Source of the DNA: Candidatus Dormiibacterota bacterium
GTDB taxonomy: Bacteria > Chloroflexota > Dormibacteria > Aeolococcales > Aeolococcaceae
Assembly: GCA_963819095.1 (NCBI GenBank)
Contig: CAWFUO010000006.1
Coordinates: forward strand, 1,280,002-1,344,001
Length of the DNA: 64,000 bases
Direction of reading: 5' to 3'
The position numbers and the translations under genes are program-made. A model generated the notes under the pieces. It had not been told where the DNA came from and searched no databases. It saw only the letters and a program-made list of their open reading frames with translations. Below, in pieces: positions 9,373-18,820 of the stretch (position 1 is the first letter of the stretch; each line of letters opens with the position of its first letter).

Positions 9373-10093
9373 GTGTGCCCTCGGCGTCGCGCCAGAGGGA
9401 TCGCATCTCGGCGGCGAACAACTCCGGCTGATCCCGGTGGGGGTCATGCGTGGATGCCTTGACCCATGTGATTCGGGCTCCCGGTACGGCGTCGCGAATC
9501 GCCTCGGCATGGAGCGGTGGCGACAGGTCGTCGTGCAGCGAGTGCATGACGTAGACCGGAATCGTCAGGCAGTGCAGTTCGTCGACGATGCTCCAGTGCT
9601 CCCACGCGGCTGATGTCCAGAGGGAGTGCCAGCGGCCGGCCACGGTGGCCCAGTCATCGCCGTGCGCACGCCGGAGGCTGCGCCGCATCGGCTCAGGCCA
9701 GTGGTCTGGCGGACCCATGCGGCGGAGTGTAGCCACGGTGCTGGCGTCACCGCGAACGTGCACGGCCACGACGCCAACACTCAGCACCAACTCCGGCGCC
9801 CGCGCGGCGAGCAGGAGGGCGACCGTGCCGCCGTCGCTGTGTCCGATCAGATGGACGGGCTCGCCGCCTCGTGCGGTGAGCATCGTTCGAAGGTCCGCCT
9901 CGTCATCGTCGAACATCGACGTGGTGAGGCGGCGATCGTGCGTCGAGCGTCCGAAGCCGCGCCGGTCATAGACGATCGCCCGACGACCATCAGCCGCGGC
10001 TGGAAGGAATCGATCCCAGGCACGGGTTGAGCCGACCCCGTGGTGTAGCCACACGGTCGCGGGGTCATGACCCTGATGTTCCTCGACGTACAT
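9365..10093 (-). CDS. alpha/beta-fold hydrolase
   Basis: VWLHHGVGS..., nucleophile elbow IGHSDGG, C-terminal ...THDPHRDQPELF. Translationally coupled to the ligase gene. Confidence 0.8.
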   Translation of the reverse strand: MYVEEHQGHDPATVWLHHGVGSTRAWDRFLPAAADGRRAIVYDRRGFGRSTHDRRLTTSMFDDDEADLRTMLTARGGEPVHLIGHSDGGTVALLLAARAPELVLSVGVVAVHVRGDASTVATLRRMGPPDHWPEPMRRSLRRAHGDDWATVAGRWHSLWTSAAWEHWSIVDELHCLTIPVYVMHSLHDDLSPPLHAEAIRDAVPGARITWVKASTHDPHRDQPELFAAEMRSLWRDAEGTHG

Positions 10094-10126
10094 TGACGGC
10101 GACCCGCAGTCTACGGTCGCCGTCCA

Positions 10127-10883
10127 TCACCAGACCGCGACGCCCATGCCACCGAAGGTCGCGATTGCCGAGGTGAATTGCGCGGTCGAGATCGTCCTAC
10201 GCACGCCGGCGCCGACGTCGATGACGGTCACGGTCCGAGCCACCGAGTTGAATCCGACAACGGTGACCGCATGTTCCTGCGTGGTGTAAGGAACCACGCG
10301 GCCGTCCCACGCGTGCCAGGTGCTCGTTCCCGAGTACGCGAGGGTGAAGTTCACCCAGACGACGACGGGATGTCCCAGGACAATCTGGTACTCGATCTGC
10401 GCTGTTGTCCACCCGGTGTGCGCAAGGACGGTCGCGCCGCCGGCCTCAGCGGCCGCGGCGATCGGCGGGTAGTACACACCGTAGCCCGTGTACTTCGTCT
10501 CCGAACCGTCGACATTGCCGACGAACGCCGCGTACGGATCGCCCCACGCCGCCGGTCGTGCGCCGGACAGGACGGGCTTCTGGGGCTGCTTGGGCAGTTC
10601 GGAGAAGACCCACGCCTGCGTCAGGCTGAATCCCTTGGTCTGGAGCGCGACAGCCAGCGCCGCCGACTCGCAGTCGAGCGGCATGCTCTGGTGGATGGCT
10701 GGGGCATTCAGGTACGCGGCCGTGGCGAGATGGCAGACGTTCTCGTGTCCGGCGCCCGCTGTCGCGGCGCAGGTGAGGCCCCTGCCATCCGGCCAGTGCC
10801 ACGAGCGGGCCGCCCGAAAGGGTGGCAAGGCTGACAGTCAGGCTCGCCAAGCCTGTCGCGATGAGAACCTTCCGTGACTGCAC
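10127..10883 (-). CDS. secreted C39-like (peptidase_C39_2 type) cysteine peptidase domain protein; apparent single frameshift near 10.79-10.83 kb
   Basis: Signal-peptide-like VQSRKVLIATGLASLTVSLATLSGG is in one frame. The body (LNAPAIHQSMPLDCESAALAVALQTKG...HAVTVVGF) is in another. Total length is 3n+1. Confidence 0.6.
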
Positions 10884-11019
10884 GCCTTCGCCTCATATCC
10901 AGAGCACGCGCATGCTCGACGAAGGTCACCGTAGGAGCGCCGGCGAGACGGCATTGTGATGGCCGGCGATCCGTGAGCCAGCCGTTACAGGATTGTGCGG
11001 GCCGCTCCGACGAGTCCGG

Positions 11020-11716
11020 CTATCCGAGCGTCGGAACGGGCCCGGTCGGCGCAGCGTCGCCAACGAGGATTGTCTGGATCGCGCGCTCGCTGTCGACCAT
11101 TGCGAGCACGATGACCTCGTCCCCGGCGTAGAGCACTGTTTCCGGATCCGGGATGATCATGTGCTCGCGACGGACGATCGCAACGATCGCTGATTCTCTG
11201 GGCAGCCCGAGCTCGGCGATCGATACGCCACACGCCGGCGACTTCGTCGGCGAGCGTCACCTCGAGCAGGTGTGCCGAGGCGCCCTCGAAGCTCATCAGA
11301 TGAACGAGCGACCCGATCGAGACCGCCTCCTCGACAAGTGCCGTATAGAGCTGCGGTGTGGAGACTGGGACATCGACGCCCCAACTTTCGGTGAACAGCC
11401 ACTGATTGCTTGCGTTGTTCACCCGGGCGATGACACGCGGCACCGCGAACTCCTGCTTGGAGAGCAGTGAGATGACCAGGTTGTCCTCGTCGTCACCGGT
11501 CGCCGCGACCATCACATCCACCTCGGCCATGCCGGCGGCTTTGAGCGACGACACCTCGCACGCGTCTGCCACCAGCCAGCGAACGTCAACATGCGCCTGG
11601 AACCGAGCCACCTGTTCGGGGTCCACCTCGAGGATGAACACGTCATGGCCGTGCGCCTTGAGGTCCGCGGCGACGGCCATACCCACGCTGCCACCGCCGG
11701 CCACGGCGACCTTCAT
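11020..11716 (-). CDS. trkA: Trk system potassium uptake protein TrkA (RCK_N + RCK_C); apparent single frameshift near 11.22 kb
   Basis: MKVAVAGGGSVGMAVAADL (Rossmann). The C-terminal RCK_C (SIAELGLPRESAIVAIVRREHMIIPDPETVLYAGDEVIVLA) is readable only after a 1-nt shift. Length is 3n+1. Confidence 0.8.
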
Positions 11717-12402
11717 GGCTGCGCCTTGGCGGTGGAGGCGAGAACAAGCGGCGCCGGAGGCGTCAGGAGGGCTGCCAGCTCCTCGAGGCAATCCTTCATG
11801 ACCACGAAATGGAGCAGGTCGCCGTCCTGGCCGACCAGGCCGCCGGCGTCGAGGCGCGGGACGCCGGCCCGGGTGACAGCCACGAGGCGCACCTTGCCGC
11901 TTATCTCCAAGGTCGACAATTTCTGCCCGGCAAGATGTTCCGGCAGCACCCGGTCCATGAGGAGGAGCTCACCGGTGGCGTCGCGCCAGTGGGGTGTCAG
12001 CTCCTCGGGCAGCAACCAGCTGCGCACCTGGTCAACGGTCCACGTCACGGTGGCGACCGTGGGGATCCCGAGTCGCTGATAGACCTGGGCCCGTTGCGGG
12101 TCGTAGATGCGCGCGACAACCCGCTCCACGCCAAAGGTTTCGCGTGCGATCCGGGCCGCGAGAATGTTGGAGTTATCGCCTGAGGTAACGGCGGCGAATG
12201 CATCCGCGTCGGCGATCTTCGCGTCGTTGAGCGCGTTCCTGTCGAACCCTGATCCCTCGACCGCGAGCCCTTTGAAATCCGCGGGCAACCGCCGGAACGA
12301 CTTGCGATTGCGATCGATGATTGCTACAGAGTGTCCCTCCGCCTCGAGGGCGCGGGCCAGGCCGGAGCCGACCCTTCCGCAGCCGACGATGACGATGTGC
12401 AC
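11713..12402 (-). CDS. trkA: Trk system potassium uptake protein TrkA, second paralogue
   Basis: VHIVIVGCGRVGSGLARALEAEGHSV...VTSGDNSNILAA. Has an ATGA stop/start overlap with the downstream trkA. The GTG start at 12402 was chosen over longer ORF-track starts. Confidence 0.8.
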   Translation of the reverse strand: MHIVIVGCGRVGSGLARALEAEGHSVAIIDRNRKSFRRLPADFKGLAVEGSGFDRNALNDAKIADADAFAAVTSGDNSNILAARIARETFGVERVVARIYDPQRAQVYQRLGIPTVATVTWTVDQVRSWLLPEELTPHWRDATGELLLMDRVLPEHLAGQKLSTLEISGKVRLVAVTRAGVPRLDAGGLVGQDGDLLHFVVMKDCLEELAALLTPPAPLVLASTAKAQP

Positions 12403-12457
12403 GGCTCCATTCAAGCAGGTCGTTCGCGCCTCCGGGCGTATCGGCGCGATCTCCGGC

Positions 12458-14824
12458 ATGGGGCATACTGCGGCCGTGGAAGAGCCCCAGGGTCTGCCGG
12501 TGGTGCCGGTCCGCCCGCTCGCGCCCGACCAGCCCACCGCGACGGGGACGGCCACATATCCCGAATCCCTCGCCTACCGGCTGAAGAACCGGATCCTCGG
12601 TCCGCCCAAGGTCTCGGAGCAGCTCACCCAGGAACGGCTCGCCAACCCGGTCGCCATCGGCGTCCTCGCCCCGGACATGATTTCGTCCTCGGCTTACGGC
12701 ACCGAGGAAATGCTCCGCATCATGGTCCCGATCATCGGGATCGGCGCGTTCAGCATGGTCATCCCCATCACGCTGGCGATCCTCGCCGTGATGTTCTTTG
12801 TCATGTTCTCGTATCTGCAGGTCATCGGCGTGTACACGCGAATCGGCGGATCGTACGTGGTGGCCCGCGACAATTTCGGTCCCAAGGTTGCGCAGGTTGC
12901 GGCGGTGGCACTGCTCATCGACTACACGGTGACCGTCGCGGTTCAGACGTCCGCAGGCACCGCGGCGATCACGTCCGTCTATCGGAGTCTCATCCCTTAC
13001 ACCGTGGCGATCACCGTCGGTGTGACGCTGCTCATGCTGTTCGCCAATCTGCGCGGCATCCGTGAGGCCGGCTCGTTCTTCGCAATCCCCACGTATTTCT
13101 ACGTGGGGTCGCTCTCGCTGGTGATCGTCACCGGATTGGTCAAGGCGATCCTCGGCGGTCTGCAGGCGCATGGCCTTCCGACTGCGTCGGCGCTGGGCTA
13201 TCCAATCGGCCACCCCACCCAGAACTGGCTCATGGGCCTCGGTGTTTTCTACTGCTTGAAAGCGTTCGCAAACGGCGGCGTCTCGCTAACCGGGCTGGAA
13301 GCCGTCTCAGACGGCATCTCGAGCTTCCGCGTTCCGGTCGCGCGAAACGGACGCAAGGCGCTCGTGACCATGTGCTTGATCCTCGGGTTTCTCGTTCTCG
13401 GAACCTCAATCCTCGCGCATCTGACGCACGCCGTCCCCTATGCGGCTGGAACCCCGACGGTGGTCTCGCAAGAGGTTCGCTATGTGCTCGGTTCGAGCTG
13501 GGTCGGCACAGCACTCTTCTATGTGGTGCAGGCGGCCACCGTCCTGATCCTGTTCACCGGTGGGAACACGAGCTTCAACGGTTTCCCTTACCTGGCGAGC
13601 TTCGTCGCCGGAGACTCGTTCCTGCCCCGGCAGCTGACCAAGCGGGGCCATCGTCTGGCGTTCTCCAACGGCATCTTTGTGCTTGCAGTGGTGGCGATTG
13701 CCCTGATCATCGCGTTCAAAGCGCAGCTCAACGCCCTGGTTGGCCTGTATGCGGTTGGCGTCTTCACGGGGTTCACCTTTGCCGGCTTCGGCATGGTGAA
13801 ACACAATCTCCGTCTCCGCGAGCGAAGGTGGAAGCTCGGCGTTGTCGTCAACGCGTTCTCGGGAACGCTGTCACTCGCGGTCGTGGGCATCCTGCTGGTC
13901 ACCAAGTTCACCGAGGGCGCCTGGATCGTGGCGGTGGTCGGACCACCGATGTATTTCGGATTGATCCGCTTGCATCGCCAGTACGAGGCGGAGGAGAAGC
14001 AGCTGGAGACCGGCGCGGCTGCCGCCGCCGAAGCCCCGGTGCTGCAGCGTCATGTCGTCCTGGTGCTCATCGGCCAGCTCGACATGGCCGCGGCCCGCGC
14101 GGTGCAATACGCGCGCACGCTGCGACCGGATGAGCTGCGCGCGGTGCACTTCAACATCGATGCGGCAGCCACGGAAGCGCTCAAGGAGGAGTGGAGCCGT
14201 CTCGGTCTCGCCCATCTGCCGCTCGACATCATCGAGTGCCGCGACCGGCGCCTCGAGCGCGCCGCGCTGGAATATGTTGCGGATCTCGTCGCTGACGGCA
14301 AGACCGAGTGCACCGTGCTGCTTCCCCGTCGGGCGTTCAACTCGCGGCTGGCACGAGTGCTCCACGACCGCACCGCGGATCGCATCGCCGATGCCGTCGG
14401 GACAGTGGCGCACGTTGCGGCCACAATCGTCCCATTCAACCTCGAGTCGGCGCAGCAGCGCCGCGTGCGTCCCCATACCCACCGTGGGGAGGTCGCTCGC
14501 CGCAAGCCGGTCCGCACCGCCGGCGTCGACCGGGAGCTCGCCAGACGCGCAACCGGGACCATCCCCATCAGTGACGTGAAATGGCGTACCCGCGTCCGTG
14601 TTGCCGGACGCATTCGCTCCTTGCGTGTGCAGACAGCCAAGGGGACCGCGAACCTCGAGTGTGAGATCACCGACGACACAGGCATCCTGCTGCTCGTGTT
14701 CCAGGGACGTCCGAAGATCCCCGGCATCGAGCCCGGTGCGCGCTTGATCGTCGAGGGCATGGTCGGGTCATGGCAGCGCCGGCTGGCGATCCTCAATCCC
14801 GACTACGAGCTGGTCAGCGAGTAG
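12458..14824 (+). CDS. APC-superfamily permease with cytoplasmic C-terminal region fused to an OB-fold domain
   Basis: About 12 TM helices (AIGVLAPDMISSSAYGTEE..., LLIDYTVTVAV...). A soluble region follows, ending in RVAGRIRSLRVQTAKGTANLECEITDDTGILLLVFQGRPKIPGIEPGARLIVEG...NPDYEL (OB-fold family). The start is uncertain: ATG 12458 or GTG 12475. Confidence 0.75.
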   Translation: MGHTAAVEEPQGLPVVPVRPLAPDQPTATGTATYPESLAYRLKNRILGPPKVSEQLTQERLANPVAIGVLAPDMISSSAYGTEEMLRIMVPIIGIGAFSMVIPITLAILAVMFFVMFSYLQVIGVYTRIGGSYVVARDNFGPKVAQVAAVALLIDYTVTVAVQTSAGTAAITSVYRSLIPYTVAITVGVTLLMLFANLRGIREAGSFFAIPTYFYVGSLSLVIVTGLVKAILGGLQAHGLPTASALGYPIGHPTQNWLMGLGVFYCLKAFANGGVSLTGLEAVSDGISSFRVPVARNGRKALVTMCLILGFLVLGTSILAHLTHAVPYAAGTPTVVSQEVRYVLGSSWVGTALFYVVQAATVLILFTGGNTSFNGFPYLASFVAGDSFLPRQLTKRGHRLAFSNGIFVLAVVAIALIIAFKAQLNALVGLYAVGVFTGFTFAGFGMVKHNLRLRERRWKLGVVVNAFSGTLSLAVVGILLVTKFTEGAWIVAVVGPPMYFGLIRLHRQYEAEEKQLETGAAAAAEAPVLQRHVVLVLIGQLDMAAARAVQYARTLRPDELRAVHFNIDAAATEALKEEWSRLGLAHLPLDIIECRDRRLERAALEYVADLVADGKTECTVLLPRRAFNSRLARVLHDRTADRIADAVGTVAHVAATIVPFNLESAQQRRVRPHTHRGEVARRKPVRTAGVDRELARRATGTIPISDVKWRTRVRVAGRIRSLRVQTAKGTANLECEITDDTGILLLVFQGRPKIPGIEPGARLIVEGMVGSWQRRLAILNPDYELVSE

Positions 14825-14830
14825 CACGTC

Positions 14831-15820
14831 ATGTCGAGCAGCGAGCCGCCGATCGATCTCTGGACGCTGAGTGATCTCTGCACCCCCTGGTGCCTCCGTG
14901 TCGTCGCCACCCTGCGCATCGCGGATCACATCGAATCCGGGAGCAGCGACATCGACGCACTGGCCGCGGTGACATCTTCGAATGTGCATGCGTTGCACAG
15001 CGTGCTCTCGTACCTGGTCACACGCGGCGTGTTCGTCGAGGAACCGCTCGGGCGATTCGGGTTGAACGACGCCGCACGAAGCCTGCTCGATGCAGGCGCG
15101 TTCCTGAGCCTCGACGGGATCGGCGGGCGGATGAGCAACGCATGGAGCACGCTGCCCACCTACGTGCGCACCGGCAAGCCCGGATATGCCGACATGTTCG
15201 GTGCGCCGTTCTGGGATGACCTCGACGCGAACCCGGACATCGCCGCCGACTTCGACGCGTTGATGAGCTATGCGGGCCATGGGACCCCCGATGCGTCGTT
15301 GCAGCTCACCGCAGGCTGGGACAACGTGCGCAGCCTGGTCGATGTCGGCGGCGGGACGGGAGCGATGCTTGTCGAGCTGCTGCGCGCGCATCCCGACATG
15401 CACGGCGTGCTCGTGGATCTGCCGGGTCCGGTTGAGCGCGCCGCGGACCTGCTCATCTCAGCCGGTGTCGGAGACCGCGTCACCGTTTCGGCCCAGAGCT
15501 TCTTCGACCCGCTGCCAGGTGGCGCCGACGTCTATCTGTTGAGGAAGGTGCTCAACGACTGGCCCGACGAGGAGACCGTCGCGATCCTGCGTCGGTGTGC
15601 GGAAGCGGCGCGGCCGTCGGCAACCGTCGTGATCCTGGGCGGAGTTGTCCCCGATGGGACACCCCGGCCGCTGATGATCGAGACGCTCTTGCTGGGAGGC
15701 CGGACCAACACCGTCAGCGAGTTCCGCGAGCTTGCGGGCGCCGCGGGCCTTGCTGTGGTCGCGGCCGAGGACCAGCCACCGTGGTTCGTCGTCGAGTGCC
15801 GCCCGCGGACGACCGGATGA
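14831..15820 (+). CDS. SAM-dependent O-methyltransferase (class with N-terminal dimerisation/winged-helix domain)
   Basis: LRVVATLRIADHI (dimerisation domain) and VDVGGGTGAMLVELLRAHP (SAM motif I). Confidence 0.8.
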   Translation: MSSSEPPIDLWTLSDLCTPWCLRVVATLRIADHIESGSSDIDALAAVTSSNVHALHSVLSYLVTRGVFVEEPLGRFGLNDAARSLLDAGAFLSLDGIGGRMSNAWSTLPTYVRTGKPGYADMFGAPFWDDLDANPDIAADFDALMSYAGHGTPDASLQLTAGWDNVRSLVDVGGGTGAMLVELLRAHPDMHGVLVDLPGPVERAADLLISAGVGDRVTVSAQSFFDPLPGGADVYLLRKVLNDWPDEETVAILRRCAEAARPSATVVILGGVVPDGTPRPLMIETLLLGGRTNTVSEFRELAGAAGLAVVAAEDQPPWFVVECRPRTTG

Positions 15821-15829
15821 TGACCGGCG

Positions 15830-16252
15830 TCAGCCGGGGACGCTGAGGAGCCACGGGAGCGCCTCTGCCATCGGGCGGACGAGCGTCTCCAGGTGCGCGT
15901 GGTCAAGATGCCCGTCGGCATGGAGCGCGAGCGCGGCACCGAGTGCGGCGGCTTCCGCGTGATGACCGGTCTGGCCGTGCTCGACCTTCCATGAGACGAG
16001 CGAGGCGCGACCCTCGGTGAGATCGAGGATCTGGCGCTGAAGCACCTCCCAGTCCGCGTTACTGTGCGCCGTTTCGATCGCGGCAAGTGCAGCCGCTTCC
16101 GCGGCGCGGTAGCGGTCGATGTTGTTGAGCGCGTGCTTGTCCCATCCCTGTGCGGCGCGCTCGATTCCAGACGGGGAGAAGGTCCGCAGGTCCTCGAGGA
16201 GCCTGGATGCACTGCGGTCGTCGGAGCTGTAGCCGTAGCCGTCACTGTCCAT
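15830..16252 (-). CDS. hypothetical protein (140 aa)
   Basis: Start set at MDSDGYGYSSDD. The longer ORF-track version overlaps the SDR gene and is rejected. No family recognised. Confidence 0.45.
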   Translation of the reverse strand: MDSDGYGYSSDDRSASRLLEDLRTFSPSGIERAAQGWDKHALNNIDRYRAAEAAALAAIETAHSNADWEVLQRQILDLTEGRASLVSWKVEHGQTGHHAEAAALGAALALHADGHLDHAHLETLVRPMAEALPWLLSVPG

Positions 16253-16295
16253 GCCGCAACTCTGACACGCAGGACCGTGGCAATACACTGACCCG

Positions 16296-17066
16296 ATGGC
16301 GGCTGCGGATCGCTCGCTTGACCACACCGTTGCGCTCGTCACCGGTGCCTCGAGCGGCATCGGCGCGGCGACCGCCGTGTCGCTCGCCACGTTGGGCGCG
16401 CACGTCGCTCTGGTTGCGCGCAGGTCCGACCGGCTGCAGGAACTGGCCGTCCGGATCACGGCGGACGGCGGCACGGCCACGGTGATCACCGCCGACGTCA
16501 CCAAGCGCGCCGAGGCTGAGCGCGCGGTCGAGCAGACCGTCAGCGAGCTCGGCCGCCTTGACGTCCTGGTGAACAACGCCGGGGTCATGCTCCTCGGGCC
16601 GGTTGTCGGCGCGCCGGTTGAGGAGTGGGAGCAGATGGTGCAGATCAATCTGCTTGGACTGCTCTATTGCACGAACGCCGCGCTGCCCCACCTGCTGCAG
16701 GCCGCCGAGGACAGCCCCCGCCGGATCGCCGACCTTGTGAACATCAGCTCCGTGGCCGGGCGCGAGACCCGCGAGGGGAGTGGCGTCTACAACGCGACGA
16801 AGCACGGGGTGGGGGCGTTCAGCGATGCGCTGCGCAAGGAGATCACCACCCGCCATGTTCGGGTGTCCCTGGTCGAGCCTGGCGCGACCGCCACGGAGCT
16901 CGCCTCGCACAACCGCCCCGAGATCCGCGCCGGGATGCAGCAGCGCTTCGCCGGGATCGAGCGTCTCACCGCCGAGGATATCGCCGACGCCATCGCCTAC
17001 ATCGTCACCCGGCCCAGCCATGTCGCGGTCAATGAGGTGCTGATCCGGCCCACCGATCAGGTGTAG
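16296..17066 (+). CDS. SDR family oxidoreductase
   Basis: VTGASSGIGAATA (TGxxxGxG), NNAG, and YNATK catalytic Tyr-Lys. Confidence 0.85.
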   Translation: MAAADRSLDHTVALVTGASSGIGAATAVSLATLGAHVALVARRSDRLQELAVRITADGGTATVITADVTKRAEAERAVEQTVSELGRLDVLVNNAGVMLLGPVVGAPVEEWEQMVQINLLGLLYCTNAALPHLLQAAEDSPRRIADLVNISSVAGRETREGSGVYNATKHGVGAFSDALRKEITTRHVRVSLVEPGATATELASHNRPEIRAGMQQRFAGIERLTAEDIADAIAYIVTRPSHVAVNEVLIRPTDQV

Positions 17067-17151
17067 CCGGCGGGCTCCGACTGAGCCGGTGTCACGAACA
17101 CCGACGACCGCCGGCAATGGCTCGGAACTGCGCGCAATGGGCGCCTACCAT

Positions 17152-17179
17152 GAAAAATCCCCCGATAGGGTGATTTTTC
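17152..17179. promoter_or_regulatory. AT-rich 28-nt palindrome upstream of the sugar-binding-protein gene; candidate ROK/XylR operator
   Basis: GAAAAATCCCCC-GATA-GGGTGATTTTTC pairs 11 of 12 positions. A TTGACA hexamer lies 11 nt downstream (17190-17195). Confidence 0.35.
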
Positions 17180-17317
17180 GTTCGAGGAGTTGACAAACCC
17201 TCATCGCTTGTCCAACCATCCGGACGCTGCCTCACAGAAGTAGGGTGGCGACGCTCGTCGCTACCGGAGCGGATGGCGTCGCAGACGGTGGGTTTCCGGT
17301 TGGAGGGCAAAGCTCTG

Positions 17318-18606
17318 ATGCGTTTGCAAGATGGTGTCAGGGGCCGGGGGTCCCAAAGTATCTCGAAGGCAAGCAAGGTGACCTTGGTCGGCACCGCTGC
17401 CCTCCTGGCCGCGGCCTGCGGCAGCACCACAACGTCGGGGGGCAATTCCCTCTCGAACCCCGGCGTCCCGTCGGGCGTCACCGTCAGCGCCTTCAGCACC
17501 GACATCGCCGCGACGATGAGCCAGCTGCAGCCGTTGACCAAGTACGCCACGCAGGGCACCAACAGCCTCCTCATCGGGGTGATCCTCCCCGACACCACCT
17601 CGTCGGTTCGCTGGGTTGACTTCGATCAGCCGTACCTCAACGACGCGCTCGCGGACGCCGGGTTCACCCAGTCCCAGTACCGCATCGACAATGCCCAGGG
17701 CAGTGACGCAACCGAGCTCGATGATGCCAACGCGGATATCAACCTCGGCGCCAAGGTCTTGATCATGTGCCCCCTCGATGGACCCACGGGAGTGGCCATC
17801 GCGCAGCTCGCCAGCTCCAAGGGCGTCACCTTGATCAGCTATGACCGCGCGACCTTCCAGGGCAGCAAGACCTACTACGTCAGCTTCGACAACGAGGCTG
17901 TCGGAACGTTGATCGGCAACGGCTTCGTGCAGTGCGTCAGCGATTGGAAGGTCTCGAACCCACAGGTGTTCGTGCTCAACGGCGGTGAGGACACCGACCC
18001 GAACGCGATCTCCTTCGCAAGCGGATATAACAAGGTCGTCTGGAGCCAGGAGGCCAAGACGGTCACCGCAGGCGCCACCAACAGTCAGGGCATGAAGCTC
18101 GTCGGTGAGAACTTCTCCCCGGGTGGTCCAACACCGAAGGCGGCACGATCTTCCAGCAGGAGTTCACGAGCCATCCATCGATCAACGCGACCATCGAGGC
18201 CAACGACGGCCTCGCCAACGCGGTGATCACCGACCTCAAGAATGATGGCGTGCCCGCCAAGAAGATCCCGACCACCGGCCAGGACGCGACCGCCCAGGGC
18301 ATGGCGTGGATCCTCGAGGGCTACCAGTGCGGCTCCGTGTACAAGCCGGTCTACAAGGAGGCCCAGGACGCGGTCGCGATGGCCGTCATCCTCCTCTCCA
18401 AGAACACCGTCCCCCCCGCACTGCTCAACGGCAAGACCACCGATCCGGCGAACTCCAGCATCACCGAGCCTGCGTCGCTCCTATCGGCAACGTGGGTCAA
18501 CGCGGCGAACATGGAGGCCACCGTGGTCAAGGACGGCTTCGACCAGGCATCTGCCATCTGCGCCATCGCGGGCGCGGCGCTCTGCACCGCGAACAACATC
18601 TCGTAA
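17318..18606 (+). CDS. sugar (xylose-type, CUT2) ABC transporter substrate-binding lipoprotein; apparent single frameshift at ~18.12 kb
   Basis: Lipobox LLAAAC. The periplasmic-binding fold aligns by eye with E. coli XylF (..GWSNTEGG..NDGLANAVITDL..TTGQDATAQG..SVYKPV). The frames join if one base is added at CCGGG|TGG. Length is 3n+2. Confidence 0.8.
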
Positions 18607-18618
18607 TCGTCTGAGCGA

Positions 18619-18678
18619 GCGTCCACCGCGGACGCCTCCTCAGTGGAGCAGCCGGGTCGCCCTTCGGGGCGGCCCGGC
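18619..18678 (+). terminator. two consecutive GC-rich stem-loops after the binding-protein gene (attenuator/mRNA stabiliser or terminator)
   Basis: GCGTCC-ACCGC-GGACGC (18619-18635) and GCCGGGTCGCCC-TTCG-GGGCGGCCCGGC (18651-18678). No U-tract follows. Confidence 0.45.
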
Positions 18679-18820
18679 CTGCCCTCATCTCAGGTGGTCG
18701 GCATCACCGGGAGAGTGAGGGAGGGTGATTCGGAACGCGCGGCGGCTCCACGGGCCGCCAGTCCGGATCGCGTCGATCGCGAAAATGCCATCCACAACTC
18801 ATCGATCTGAGGCGACTGAG

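Noticed and set aside
9373-9510. 46-codon N-terminal extension of the benzoate-CoA ligase (likewise the 12107 start of the permease, the 22852 start of the ROK gene and the 16648 start of the 15830 ORF)
   Set aside because: The extensions overlap neighbouring genes and lack family-like sequence. Internal starts give canonical N-termini and typical 4-8-nt gene overlaps.
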